From Thermoanaerobaculia bacterium (GTDB lineage: Bacteria > Acidobacteriota > Thermoanaerobaculia > Multivoradales > Multivoraceae), in NCBI GenBank assembly GCA_963664405.1, contig OY761158.1, forward strand, positions 4,800,001 to 4,864,000: a stretch of DNA of 64,000 bases, written 5' to 3'. How positions within the stretch are numbered: position 1 is the first letter of the stretch; each line of letters begins with the position of its first letter. The notes beneath the pieces are model-generated. The model worked only from the letters and a program-made list of their open reading frames with translations. It had not been told where the DNA came from and searched no databases. A program made the translations under genes and the position numbers. Shown here piece after piece: positions 39,778 through 48,880 of this stretch.

Positions 39778-40839
39778 CTAGGGAGCGGACAAGCGGCCCA
39801 AAGCAAGCTCAATCAGGCGGTCATCGAACATCCGGAGCTTACGTTCTGCCACGCGTCGGTCCCCGGGCCACGAGGATAGCCCCTCCTTAATATCCCTCAG
39901 CTCGGGTCGCCTACCCTCGCGGCTAAGCAACCAGTCAACAGAGGCGAGCAGCTCCAAACCAAGCGGAGACTCGAATCCGTCGATCTTCTTCGCGGTTCGC
40001 TCGAGAGCTTCAAGGTAGGGCTTCGCTTCCGATCTCAGATACGCCGCTAGGCGCTCCCTCTTCGAGTCGTTGAACGCGATCAGGTCGGTCGGCCTAGCAT
40101 CGGCGATCCGCAGTTGCGAATGGAGGTAGCTGCCGTCCAGGCTATCGAGGAGATGCCTGAGTCGTTCAGCGTAGGGGCCGTACCTGTTCGCGGTGAACTG
40201 CAATTCGAGAGGGTTGTTCAGGCGGCAGGCGCTGATCTCACGCTCAAGAAACCAGGCTAGTTTCTGGATCTCTAGCAGCGAGCAGTCGATTCCAAGGATC
40301 CAGTATCGGCGGACGAGCTCGGCGATGAGAGCTCGCGCAGGCGTCAATTTCTCAGCACCCGCCCTCTTGGCTACGTTCTGGTACTCAAGGGTTGGTTCGT
40401 AGATCCGTACTTCGACATCAGGAAGATCGGCCAGGGTCCGCTCGATGAGCGGTCGAACAGTCGACCATGCCAGCCCTCCGTTGCCGCAACCCAACGGCGG
40501 AATGGCGATGGATTGGATCGTATTCTCGTTTACGACGGACTTTAGGTCCTCGAGGCCGGCCTCGATCCACTCGATCCGGGTCGCGGTTCGCCAATGCTGC
40601 TTTGTAGGGAGGTTGATGATCCATCGTGGCCCTATCAGCTCGGCACGTTCGGTAACGAATACTCGGCCGACCTCGACCTCCCCTCGCTTGCAGGCAGCTG
40701 CGTAGGCGCGGAAGTTCTCGGGGAAGGCTTCTTTGAACATCAAGGCAATTCCCTTCCCCATGACACCGACTGTGTTGACCGGGTTGACCAGAGCCTCTAC
40801 GTCGGCTTCGAGAAGATTGCCCTTTGTATAGTGGAGCAT
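39778..40839 (-). CDS. darG: DarG macrodomain DNA ADP-ribosyl glycohydrolase antitoxin
   Basis: GNLL...[46 protein letters not shown], DarG C-domain [10 protein letters not shown]...YGPYA...[16 protein letters not shown]. Confidence 0.92.
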   Translation of the reverse strand: MLHYTKGNLLEADVEALVNPVNTVGVMGKGIALMFKEAFPENFRAYAAACKRGEVEVGRVFVTERAELIGPRWIINLPTKQHWRTATRIEWIEAGLEDLKSVVNENTIQSIAIPPLGCGNGGLAWSTVRPLIERTLADLPDVEVRIYEPTLEYQNVAKRAGAEKLTPARALIAELVRRYWILGIDCSLLEIQKLAWFLEREISACRLNNPLELQFTANRYGPYAERLRHLLDSLDGSYLHSQLRIADARPTDLIAFNDSKRERLAAYLRSEAKPYLEALERTAKKIDGFESPLGLELLASVDWLLSREGRRPELRDIKEGLSSWPGDRRVAERKLRMFDDRLIELALGRLSAP

Positions 40840-41197
40840 CAGAAGTACCAGCCAGGCTGAACGACGGTCTTGAGCTCTAGACCGCGCTTGGAGGCCTCAG
40901 CGTCGATCGCGGTCTTCACCTCAGAAGTGTAGCAAGCCAGGCCCTCGAGGGCCGCGAAGGGTACGTGCCTATGCGCAAGTGCTTCGGCCTGGTACCCCTC
41001 GGAGGGACCGGCACCTCTCGATGACTCCGCTTCTCTATGAGCTCGGCACTTCCTATGGCGGCGAAGTTCGCGTCCTTGATGTCCGATCGACTGCAGTGGA
41101 GCCCATTCTTCAAGATCCAGGGCACGTTGGATCTATGGGTGATCCGGAAAATGAGCGCCTTGCCGGCGGTGAGGGTTTCGTTGAGGGGCCTCGCCAT
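40839..41197 (-). pseudogene. darT: DarT (DUF4433) DNA ADP-ribosyltransferase toxin, internally deleted
   Basis: IFRITHRSNVPWILKNGLHC...IEKRSHREVPVPPRGT joined out of frame at GGTACC (40991-40996) to YQAEALAHRHVP...QPGWYF*. TGATG overlap with darG. Confidence 0.88.
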
Positions 41198-42368
41198 AGC
41201 TGCCGATAGGAGTTTAGCTCCCGGAGTGAGCCGGCGCACGTGCCCCTGCTCAGAACAGATCCGGCTGAGCGCTCAACCGGTTGGAACACTGGATCTCATG
41301 AGCCTGCGCGACTTGGACGGCTGCCTCAACGAAGAGGTTGCCACCTTACGGGGAACCCTTCCCATGGGAACTCAGTCCTTCTCTACCTCCGGCCCTATCA
41401 CCCGGTAACCTCGGTTGCGAGGCGCTCTGCCAATTTCAATTCCCTTCTCACGAGGCGCCCGGCCTCCTAGCGCGGCGGGAACTTCACCCAAACTCGTCCC
41501 GAAACGGACCCAGGAATCGCCTCCCGAGCGACCAGTCCGTGACCGCGAAGACCACGTCGGAGAACGCCCCCTGGAACTCGCCCTCGAGCGCCCTTCGGAA
41601 GTCGGCGGCGCACCGTCTCGCATCGTTCCCGAACGCTCCACAGCCCCAGGCCCCCAGGACGAGAGCCGAGTGCTCGTATGCCCTCGCGACGGCCAGCACT
41701 CGATGGATACGCCGCTCCAGGAGATCTCCGGCTTCGGGCTGACCGATGGCGGGAGCGTAGGGCGCCGCGCAGGTCAGGAAGCTGAGAAGCCAGGGTTGCT
41801 CGAGCTCTTCTCCGGCGTCGAGACGAAAGACGGGGACGTGAGGGGAGTAGATGGCCCAGTCGGTAGAGTCCGGCCGCGCGCGCGCAGCGTGTTCGGGATA
41901 CATCGGATCGCCGACCAGAGTCGTGTGCAGTGCGCTCGACCGGCACAGCACCTCCTCCTGCGCCCGCGCACCGCTGAGGAAGCCGCCGCCAGGTGAGATG
42001 CCGTTGGCAAAGTTCAGGGCGAGAGGCTGGTGACCGCTCTCGACGAGTCGACGTGATGCTCCCAGTGTCGTCTCGTTGACGACCTGAACCCGGGTTTCCG
42101 GAAGCACGGACTTCTCGAGCTGCGGAAGAGGCGCGTCCGGCGGGATGCTGACCTTTGTCAACGGCGCTTAAGAAGCGCGCGATCCCGGCTTTCTGACCGC
42201 GTTTCCTGCTGAGAGTCTCTTCAGCATCATCGTCGCGCGCGAGCGCGCGAGCAGCGTGGCAGGTGGGAGTATGGGGAGACCGGCGGGGGCGACTCCAAGC
42301 AAGGTGACCGCCCACCGCCGGAAGGCCTGGGGTATGACGCCCCAGAAGAGGGAGTATTCCGCCTGCGG

Positions 42369-42893
42369 GTGGCGAAGTCCAGGCCGAAGGAGGCCTGGGC
42401 CGTGCGCCGCCGTCCCGATTGTCGCCGTTTCGTTTGCGATCGTTGCCGGCAAGCTGTCTACATTTGCTCTTGGTGCGATCGCGGCCATCGTTATTGCACG
42501 CCGGAGTGCCGGGATGAGGCTCGGCGCCACAGCCTTCGCGGGGCCGGGCGTCGCTATCAGCAGACGCCGCGAGGGCGCCGCTTGCATGCTCGTCGTCAGC
42601 AGGCCTATCGAGATCGCAAGCAGCAAGGCTCAAAGAAAGTGACGCATCACAGTTGCCGCACCGGGGGCTGCCCTGCGACGGTGGCGTCATGGCCCACCGC
42701 GCCGCTTCCGTTGTTTTTGCAAGGCTTGTCCGTTGGAGGTCGGAACGAGGAGCTTCTCTGCAGGCTGTGCCGCCATCCTTGCGAGCCGATTGTCCGCCAC
42801 GACTTCTTGCGATCGCGCCGAGTACGCCCGGTGCGCAGGCGGGCGCGGGATGATCTCTCCCGAGCTCGCCGCCGAGATCCGCCGTCTCTATGA
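42369..42893 (+). CDS. IS21-associated Cys/Arg-rich (Zn finger-like) accessory protein
   Basis: CDRC...ICSWCDRGHRYC...C...RRYQQTPRGRRLHARRQQAYR...VTH...CRLC. Start uncertain. Confidence 0.6.
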   Translation: MAKSRPKEAWAVRRRPDCRRFVCDRCRQAVYICSWCDRGHRYCTPECRDEARRHSLRGAGRRYQQTPRGRRLHARRQQAYRDRKQQGSKKVTHHSCRTGGCPATVASWPTAPLPLFLQGLSVGGRNEELLCRLCRHPCEPIVRHDFLRSRRVRPVRRRARDDLSRARRRDPPSL

Positions 42894-44349
42894 GTCGGAG
42901 GGCTGGCGGCGCAACACGATCGCCCGCCATCTGGGAATCCATCACTCGACGGTCACTCGAGTCCTTCGACGCGAAGGGCTGAGCCGGCCTCGATCGCCGC
43001 GACGAGCGTCCATGGTCGATCGCTTCGTCCCCTTCATCCAGGAAGTCTTTGAGCGCTACCCGGAGCTGCCGGCGAGCGTGCTCTACGAGATGGTCAAGAA
43101 GCGTGACTATCCCGGTGGGGAGGATCACTTCCGCCACTGCATTGCCGAGCTCGGCCTGCGCCCCCGCAAGGCGCCTGAGGCTTTCTTTGTGCTCCGTACG
43201 CTTGCCGGCGAACAGGCCCAGGTGGACTGGGCTCACTTCGGCACCCGAAAGGTCGATGGCGGAGAGCGCCGTCTCTACGCCTTCGTCATGGTGCTGAGCT
43301 ACTCGCGAGCTCTCTTTCTGCACTTCTTCTACGACGCTCGTCTGCCGAGCTTCCTGACCGGGCATGTCCTCGCCTTCTCCTTCTTTGAGGGTCTGGCCAA
43401 GATCCACCTCTACGACAATCTGCGCAGCGCTGTGCTCGAGCGGCGCCGCAGCGCCATTCGCTTTCATCCACGGCTTCTCGAGCTCGCCGACTTCTACGGC
43501 TTTGATCCAAGGCCCGTTGCTCCCAGACGAGGAAATGAAAAAGGTCGCGTCGAACGAGCCATTCGTTTTGTCAGAACTTCCTTCTTTCCGCTGCGTCGCA
43601 CCTGGGACAGAGAAGCGCTGAACCGGGACGCTCTGGAGTGGTGTCGCGACCGAGCGATGAAGCGCCCGTGGCCCCAGGACCGGCGTCGCACCGTCGAGCA
43701 GGCCTATCTCGAGGAGCGCTCTCATCTCGTGAGCCTTCCGGCGCAGCCTTTCCCCTGCCACGAATGGGTCGAGCGGATCACGCGGCGCACTCCTTACCTG
43801 AGCTTCGATGCGAATCGCTACTCGATCCCGCATGATCGCATCGCCCGCTCGCTACAGATCGCCGCAGACCCGGAGCGTGTGCGCATCTTCGATCGCGAGC
43901 AGCTCATCGCCGAGCACACAAGGTCCTGGGACAAGGGCCAGATCATCGAAGACCCCCGTCACCTAGAAGAGCTGGAACGACAGAAACGCGAGGCACGTAC
44001 ACAGCGCGGCCAGGACTACCTGCTGCGTACGGTGCCCCAGGCCGAAGAGCTCCTGCGGGAGCTGGCCCGACGGCAGAGACGACTCTCGAGTGCCGTCGCC
44101 AGACTCCTCGAGCTCCTTGCCGAGAGTGGACCCAGGGAGCTTGCAGTGGCGATCGACGAGGCCCTCGAAAAAGGATCCCCGCATCCCGAAGCGGTGCGAC
44201 TCATCCTCGATCGTCGGCGCCACGAGCGGGGACTCCTACCCGCGCTGCCTGTCCAGCTCCCCGACGATCCCAGGATCCGGGAGCTCACGGTCACTCCCCA
44301 TGCACTGGCCGACTACGACAACCCCAACGACGAGGAGGACGACGAATGA
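42850..44349 (+). CDS. istA: IS21 transposase IstA
   Basis: HTH IARHLGIHHSTV, GEQAQVDW, LSYSR, YDNLRS, RGNEKGRVER, NRYSIP. Confidence 0.93.
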   Translation: MISPELAAEIRRLYESEGWRRNTIARHLGIHHSTVTRVLRREGLSRPRSPRRASMVDRFVPFIQEVFERYPELPASVLYEMVKKRDYPGGEDHFRHCIAELGLRPRKAPEAFFVLRTLAGEQAQVDWAHFGTRKVDGGERRLYAFVMVLSYSRALFLHFFYDARLPSFLTGHVLAFSFFEGLAKIHLYDNLRSAVLERRRSAIRFHPRLLELADFYGFDPRPVAPRRGNEKGRVERAIRFVRTSFFPLRRTWDREALNRDALEWCRDRAMKRPWPQDRRRTVEQAYLEERSHLVSLPAQPFPCHEWVERITRRTPYLSFDANRYSIPHDRIARSLQIAADPERVRIFDREQLIAEHTRSWDKGQIIEDPRHLEELERQKREARTQRGQDYLLRTVPQAEELLRELARRQRRLSSAVARLLELLAESGPRELAVAIDEALEKGSPHPEAVRLILDRRRHERGLLPALPVQLPDDPRIRELTVTPHALADYDNPNDEEDDE

Positions 44350-45119
44350 ACAACACCGACCAAGAGCGTGCCACAGCCCTGAAACTCCATGGCCTCCTAG
44401 CCCACTGGGATGAGGTCGCCAACCAACCCTGGCTCCCCGACCTGCTCGACTGGGAAGAGCAGGAGCGAGCCCGTCGCGGACTGGAGCGACGCCTGGGTCG
44501 GGCCCGGCTCGGCACCTTCAAGCCGCTGGCCGACTTCGACTGGAATTGGCCCAAGAAGATCGACCGCGAGCAGATCGAAGATCTCTTTCGGCTCGAGTGG
44601 CTCGCCCGAGGGCACAACGCTGTCTTGATAGGGCCAAACGGCATCGGCAAGACGCTCATTGCCAAGAATCTCGCCCATCAAGCCGTACTACGTGGAGCCA
44701 CCGCCCGATTCCTCACCGCCTCGGAGCTGCTCAACACCCTCGCCGAACAAGACTCCTCGACCAGCCTTCAGCGCAAGCTCGCGCTCTTTGCGCGCCCATC
44801 CCTGCTCTGCATTGACGAGCTCGGATATCTGTCCTACGACACGCGCCACGCCGATCTACTTTTCGAGGTCGTTTCCCGCAGGTACGAAAATAAGTCCCTT
44901 CTCATCACCACAAACAAGTCCTTTGGAGAATGGGGAGAGGTCTTCCCCAACGCTACTACCGTCGTCACCATCGTCGATCGCCTCGTCCATCGCTGCGAGC
45001 TCGTCAACATCGAGGGCGATTCCTATCGGCTCAAGGAGTCCAAGGAGCACGCCAAGAAGCGCGCTTCGGCCCGCCGAAGCGGCACTCGCCCTCGACGGCG
45101 CAGTGCGAAGACCTCGTGA
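44346..45119 (+). CDS. istB: IS21 helper AAA+ ATPase IstB
   Basis: DFDWNWP, GPNGIGKT, LCIDELGY, ITTNKSFGEW, VDRLVH, IEGDSYRL. Confidence 0.93.
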   Translation: MNNTDQERATALKLHGLLAHWDEVANQPWLPDLLDWEEQERARRGLERRLGRARLGTFKPLADFDWNWPKKIDREQIEDLFRLEWLARGHNAVLIGPNGIGKTLIAKNLAHQAVLRGATARFLTASELLNTLAEQDSSTSLQRKLALFARPSLLCIDELGYLSYDTRHADLLFEVVSRRYENKSLLITTNKSFGEWGEVFPNATTVVTIVDRLVHRCELVNIEGDSYRLKESKEHAKKRASARRSGTRPRRRSAKTS

Positions 45120-45469
45120 TCCGACAGGAGTATCGCGCCGAGCTCATCCGCCTCTACCTCGACGCTCCTAAAACCCCGCCTAGACCTCGGCGCCGAGACT
45201 GGGCCATCGCCGACAAGCTCTATCAAGCCAACGTCCCCCTCGAAGAGCTTGCCCATGCCATTCGACTCGCCACCTTGCGACGGCGCCTCAGCACCGATCC
45301 GCTGCCGCAGATTCACTCACTTGCCTACTACCGCTCCGTACATCGAGCCCTGACCAACGACGAGCTCGACCCTCAATACGTCCGCTACATCCTCCTTCGG
45401 CACCGGTCCCTTCTCGAGGAGGATGAAACCAAAAGCGCCACTACACAGCCGGAATCCCGCACTTTATGA
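45116..45469 (+). CDS. IS21-associated small accessory protein
   Basis: GTGA-coupled to istB. LYLDAPKTP.RPRRRD...LATLRR...LPQIHSLAYY...LDPQYVRY. Stop lies within the right TIR. Confidence 0.6.
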   Translation: MIRQEYRAELIRLYLDAPKTPPRPRRRDWAIADKLYQANVPLEELAHAIRLATLRRRLSTDPLPQIHSLAYYRSVHRALTNDELDPQYVRYILLRHRSLLEEDETKSATTQPESRTL

Positions 45470-45691
45470 CCGCCGATAACAACCTTGGATGCCCGCGCGA
45501 CGTCGACCTGATGACTCCAGTCCACGCGCTTGCCCGTCGGGGAGATGTAGCTCCCTCGGGAGACCGCCTCGACGGCGGATCTGCCGAGGGCGGCGGCCGT
45601 GTCGCGGGGGATGTCCAGTTCCCGCCGGCAAGCGTCGGCCATCGTGTCCGAGTCGGAACAGGGGAGTATCTTCAGCAACGGCAGTTCCCTC

Positions 45692-46117
45692 TCATCTGCC
45701 AAGCCAACTCTCCAAAGCCGCGAGCTGACCTGGTAGCGGAGCGATCCGTGCTCCCAAGGAGCGCAGCTTCGCCACCGCATCCTGCGCCGCGAGCCCCTCG
45801 CGGCGCGCCAGGTACGCAGCTAGCACCACCCCCGTTCGCTCTCGGCCCGCCCGACAGTGGACGTACATCCCGTCGATCCGATCGTGGTGTCTCGACAGCA
45901 CCTGCCAAGACCGATCGAGAGTCTCCGGGCTTGGTGCATTCATATCCACGATCGGTAGGCTGACGCGCTCGATGCCGCACCACCGAGTCGCCGCGACCGC
46001 CTCACGTCCGTAGCGTCCGGTGCTATTCCGAACAACGTACGGCTTGTAGAGGTGCGACCCACTTCGAAGCGCTGGATCTCGTTTGCCCAAGTATCTGCGA
46101 AGTGCCTGTTGCGTCAA
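45692..46117 (-). CDS. Cys-dependent (PTP/dual-specificity-like) phosphatase
   Basis: P-loop YVHCRAGRERTG (HCX5RT) with upstream PIVDMNAP acid loop. The N-terminus is short and may be eroded. Confidence 0.75.
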   Translation of the reverse strand: MTQQALRRYLGKRDPALRSGSHLYKPYVVRNSTGRYGREAVAATRWCGIERVSLPIVDMNAPSPETLDRSWQVLSRHHDRIDGMYVHCRAGRERTGVVLAAYLARREGLAAQDAVAKLRSLGARIAPLPGQLAALESWLGR

Positions 46118-46914
46118 TCAAGTGGCAGCGAAGTCTGTTGCTGCCTCGGCGGCCAAAACGTGCCGAGCACGAGCCATGTGTTGTGCGGGAAGTAGGTGCC
46201 GACGAAGAACCTGGTGTCTCTGCCTGGGGCGCATATCTCGTCCAAGAACTTCTTCTTCACTGATTCAGCAGCCGCCTCGTCGTTTCCAAGTCGCTCCCTC
46301 TCCTTGAGGAACAGAACCCCCAGTTCCCAATCCTCGTTGAGCATCTCGTGAGGCTTTGGACTGTCTTCGCACTCGAACACGTATTTGAACTTGAATGGAA
46401 TCTTCGCGAGAGGCTTGGGTGGCGGTCCGAAGAGACGGGTCTGGGAGTAGATCTTCTGCCACTCGGGCTTCCACTCCGGATCAGCAGGCTCCACTTTCAG
46501 GTCGACTACGCGCGAGGGACGCACCACTCCAAGTGACGTTTGATCTTGCTCGTAGAGGGCTCGCAGTTCGAGTATCGTTCGGTGCGGCAGTGCGTCGATG
46601 ATGGCCCGTCGGCTTGCCCAAGCGTTTTCGGTGCCTAGCGGCGGTGCGACGACTTCGATCGAATCAAGCAGAGGTCGACGACTCTCTCGACGATGGTCGT
46701 TGCCGGCTCCGCTGAGCTCGAGGTCGACATCGATCCACTGGTACTTCCGAAACCGCTGATCCGGTGGTCGGTATCGGTAGTCAATCGGATAAAGCCTTAC
46801 CCAGTCGAGGGCCTCGGTCACGCCTGCCGTACAGACGACCTCATCGTATCTGGCTGAAGGGTGCGGGTAGGTCATGACCGTGATCAGTACGCGGAGTCGT
46901 TCGATGTCACCCAT
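46114..46914 (-). CDS. Conserved hypothetical protein (DUF488-associated)
   Basis: VLITVMTYPHPS.RY.EVVCTAG...WVRLYP...FRKYQWI...D.RRES...SLGVV.P...IPFKFKY.F.C...DWELG...FFVGT. Overlaps both neighbours. Confidence 0.75.
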   Translation of the reverse strand: MGDIERLRVLITVMTYPHPSARYDEVVCTAGVTEALDWVRLYPIDYRYRPPDQRFRKYQWIDVDLELSGAGNDHRRESRRPLLDSIEVVAPPLGTENAWASRRAIIDALPHRTILELRALYEQDQTSLGVVRPSRVVDLKVEPADPEWKPEWQKIYSQTRLFGPPPKPLAKIPFKFKYVFECEDSPKPHEMLNEDWELGVLFLKERERLGNDEAAAESVKKKFLDEICAPGRDTRFFVGTYFPHNTWLVLGTFWPPRQQQTSLPLD

Positions 46915-47794
46915 CGATTGTCAACTCAGGCTGGCCTTGGAGCCGCAGGTCGAGCATGGGCATCTGCAGCCGGCTGGCCATCTTCGCCGCAAGTCGATGC
47001 CGATGGCAGTGTGCAGGTAGCCTCTCTGAGCAGAGGAGAACAGAGGCACTGCTGGTCATCAGCTCCTCGAGAGAGCTTAGTTGCCTGGAGGCCTTGGCTA
47101 GGACGTCGGTCTCATACCGCTCGAAGAGGCGAGGCAGATCCTCAATTCGGAGATCTCTTCGCCATTCTCCGGGGATGCCAAGCGTAGGAAAGTGCTCATA
47201 CCGTAGGCCCAGGTTCTCGCAGAGGCGGCTGAGCGTGCTGCGATGAAAACCGTAGCGTCTAGAGATCGGATTGTGTCGCGTGTCGATGAGAGTCTGGATG
47301 CCGTTTCGAAGGAGCAGATTCAGCAGGCCGTCGACAGGGAGACCTTCATAGCCAACGGTATAGATCGCAGGCGCGGCCGTAGGCCGAAGCATCCGTCGGC
47401 GCCTTCGGTCTCGAGCATTCACCGTGTACCACGGATAACGCTTGTAGATACTGGCGATCAGTTCGTCCGTAGAACGGTTCCCAAGCTCCTCCACGAAGGC
47501 CCGGATCGCCTTAGCATGACCGGGCGTTGGGCGAGGTCGAGCTCGTTGGCCGTAAGGAGTCAGCCGCAGTCGATCGCTTTGGGTCTTGACGATACCTTTC
47601 GATTCGAGCTTGCTGAGCTCGTGGTAGAGAACGAAAGAGAAGGGCCCGAATCTGTAAGGTACGAAGTCGTAGAAGCGATCCTCGAATCCCAGATCATGTC
47701 TCAAGAGGAACACAGACTTCACAAGTCGAAGAAGGTCTACTGGACCGCCGGAAGCGGCAAGTAGTTCGAGTATAAGCCTTTGTCGATTAAGCAC
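46907..47794 (-). CDS. DUF488 family protein with N-terminal wHTH-like domain
   Basis: YDFVPYRFGPFS, IYKRYPWY, IYTVGYEG, LIDTRHNPISRRYGF, YEHFPTLGIP, LLCSE...CHR. Confidence 0.85.
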   Translation of the reverse strand: MLNRQRLILELLAASGGPVDLLRLVKSVFLLRHDLGFEDRFYDFVPYRFGPFSFVLYHELSKLESKGIVKTQSDRLRLTPYGQRARPRPTPGHAKAIRAFVEELGNRSTDELIASIYKRYPWYTVNARDRRRRRMLRPTAAPAIYTVGYEGLPVDGLLNLLLRNGIQTLIDTRHNPISRRYGFHRSTLSRLCENLGLRYEHFPTLGIPGEWRRDLRIEDLPRLFERYETDVLAKASRQLSSLEELMTSSASVLLCSERLPAHCHRHRLAAKMASRLQMPMLDLRLQGQPELTIDG

Positions 47795-48025
47795 TTAGGA
47801 CTTCCATCCAGCTTCTCTATCTAGGAGCCTAACGTTGGAGATTGTCTCATGAGCAAGGCTTCGAGAGGTAGGCTGAGTCCTCGCATTTCTGAGCAGTTCC
47901 TCCTCTGATGAAGACGCAATCGAGGCTGAGAACCTTGCTGGGGCCTTGGGTCGCGTCAGACCGCGGGTCTCGGATCGCTGCTCCGATGAAGAGGGTGGCA
48001 CCTCCTATGGGGTAACGCGCTGGAC

Positions 48026-48856
48026 TCAATCTTCGAGCATCCGCTCATGCCCGGAAGGACACTGTCCCCGAATGCAGTCGTGAAAGCCATCTTCGAACAC
48101 ATCCCAGCTGATCCAGTGGTCGCCACAGTAGCTTGCCTTACATTTCGGGCAGTAGAAGGATGCCCATTCGAGATTGAGCTCGTAGATGGATTGGGCGTCC
48201 TTTCGGAGGAGCGCGTCGCGCAGTCTCTCGAACTGGTCCGACTTGATTCGGCCTCCTAGGTGGCTGGTAAAACTCACGCGCTTGATCTCTGGGCTTGCAG
48301 ATGTGCCCATCAACTGAATCGTGCCGGCGGACTTGTTGCAGATCGCGCAGTTGAACTCGGCTTCGGCGATCGGCGCTGCGTCGGCTTCGTCAGCCTGCGC
48401 TGCGGGACGCCTAATCTCCTCTACATACGCGTCGACGATGTCCACGAACTTCGAATGACCAATCAGTAGCTCTGCCCCGCAACTTCGGAGAAGGACCAGC
48501 GGGAGGCCAACATCACCTGCCTTGCTGGCCATTGCCTCGACGAGATCGTTGTACTCCTCGAGCCAGGGGAGGAACGATTCACCCATGTGGGCCAGTCGGT
48601 CAGCCAGGTAGCTGGTCTTCGTCTCCTCCGTCTCCGACAGACGGGCCGCGACAAAGACCTCCAATTCGTTTCGACAGAAACGCTCGAAAGTTGAATCGAA
48701 GGAGTCCAGCAGGCCCTGAATGTTTGAAGTGTCGTGACCCGATGCCAATAGGTGGGCCAGCTCGGCCTTGATGAAGCCGACGTTGACACGGATCCAGACA
48801 ACGTGTCGCTGCCAGCTTGCAGCGAGAGCGGAGGTGCGATTGACGGCTTCGCCCAT
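48026..48856 (-). CDS. Hypothetical protein with C-terminal Cys/His clusters
   Basis: Helical N-terminus. CAIC, YCPKCKASYCGDHW, CPSGH. Confidence 0.7.
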   Translation of the reverse strand: MGEAVNRTSALAASWQRHVVWIRVNVGFIKAELAHLLASGHDTSNIQGLLDSFDSTFERFCRNELEVFVAARLSETEETKTSYLADRLAHMGESFLPWLEEYNDLVEAMASKAGDVGLPLVLLRSCGAELLIGHSKFVDIVDAYVEEIRRPAAQADEADAAPIAEAEFNCAICNKSAGTIQLMGTSASPEIKRVSFTSHLGGRIKSDQFERLRDALLRKDAQSIYELNLEWASFYCPKCKASYCGDHWISWDVFEDGFHDCIRGQCPSGHERMLED

Positions 48857-48880
48857 GATCGTGCTCCGGCTGGCGAGCCC

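Larger units (their letters stand above)
42156..45481 (+). mobile_element. Complete four-ORF IS21-family element
   Basis: Imperfect 35-bp TIRs TGTCAACGGCGCTTAAGAAGCGCGCGATCCCGGCT and TGTTATCGGCGGTCATAAAGTGCGGGATTCCGGCT. 5-bp TSD acctt (42151-42155 and 45482-45486). Confidence 0.92.
41484..45678 (-). pseudogene. TIGR02452 / DUF2263 microbial PARG-like macrodomain gene split by IS21
   Basis: N-part (45678-45482) ...RRELDIPRDTAAALGRSAV...ASKV joins in frame to SIPPD...NETTL...LNFAN..SPGGGFLSGARAQEEVLCRSS...LVLGAWGCGAFGND (42150-41484). Confidence 0.88.

Noticed and set aside
41467-43833. 788-aa minus-strand ORF
   Set aside because: Antisense shadow of istA that runs across the IS boundary; no recognisable motifs.
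47795-48001. 68-aa ORF ending immediately before the DUF488 start (possible eroded upstream gene)
   Set aside because: No recognisable motif or RBS; cannot be supported without a search.
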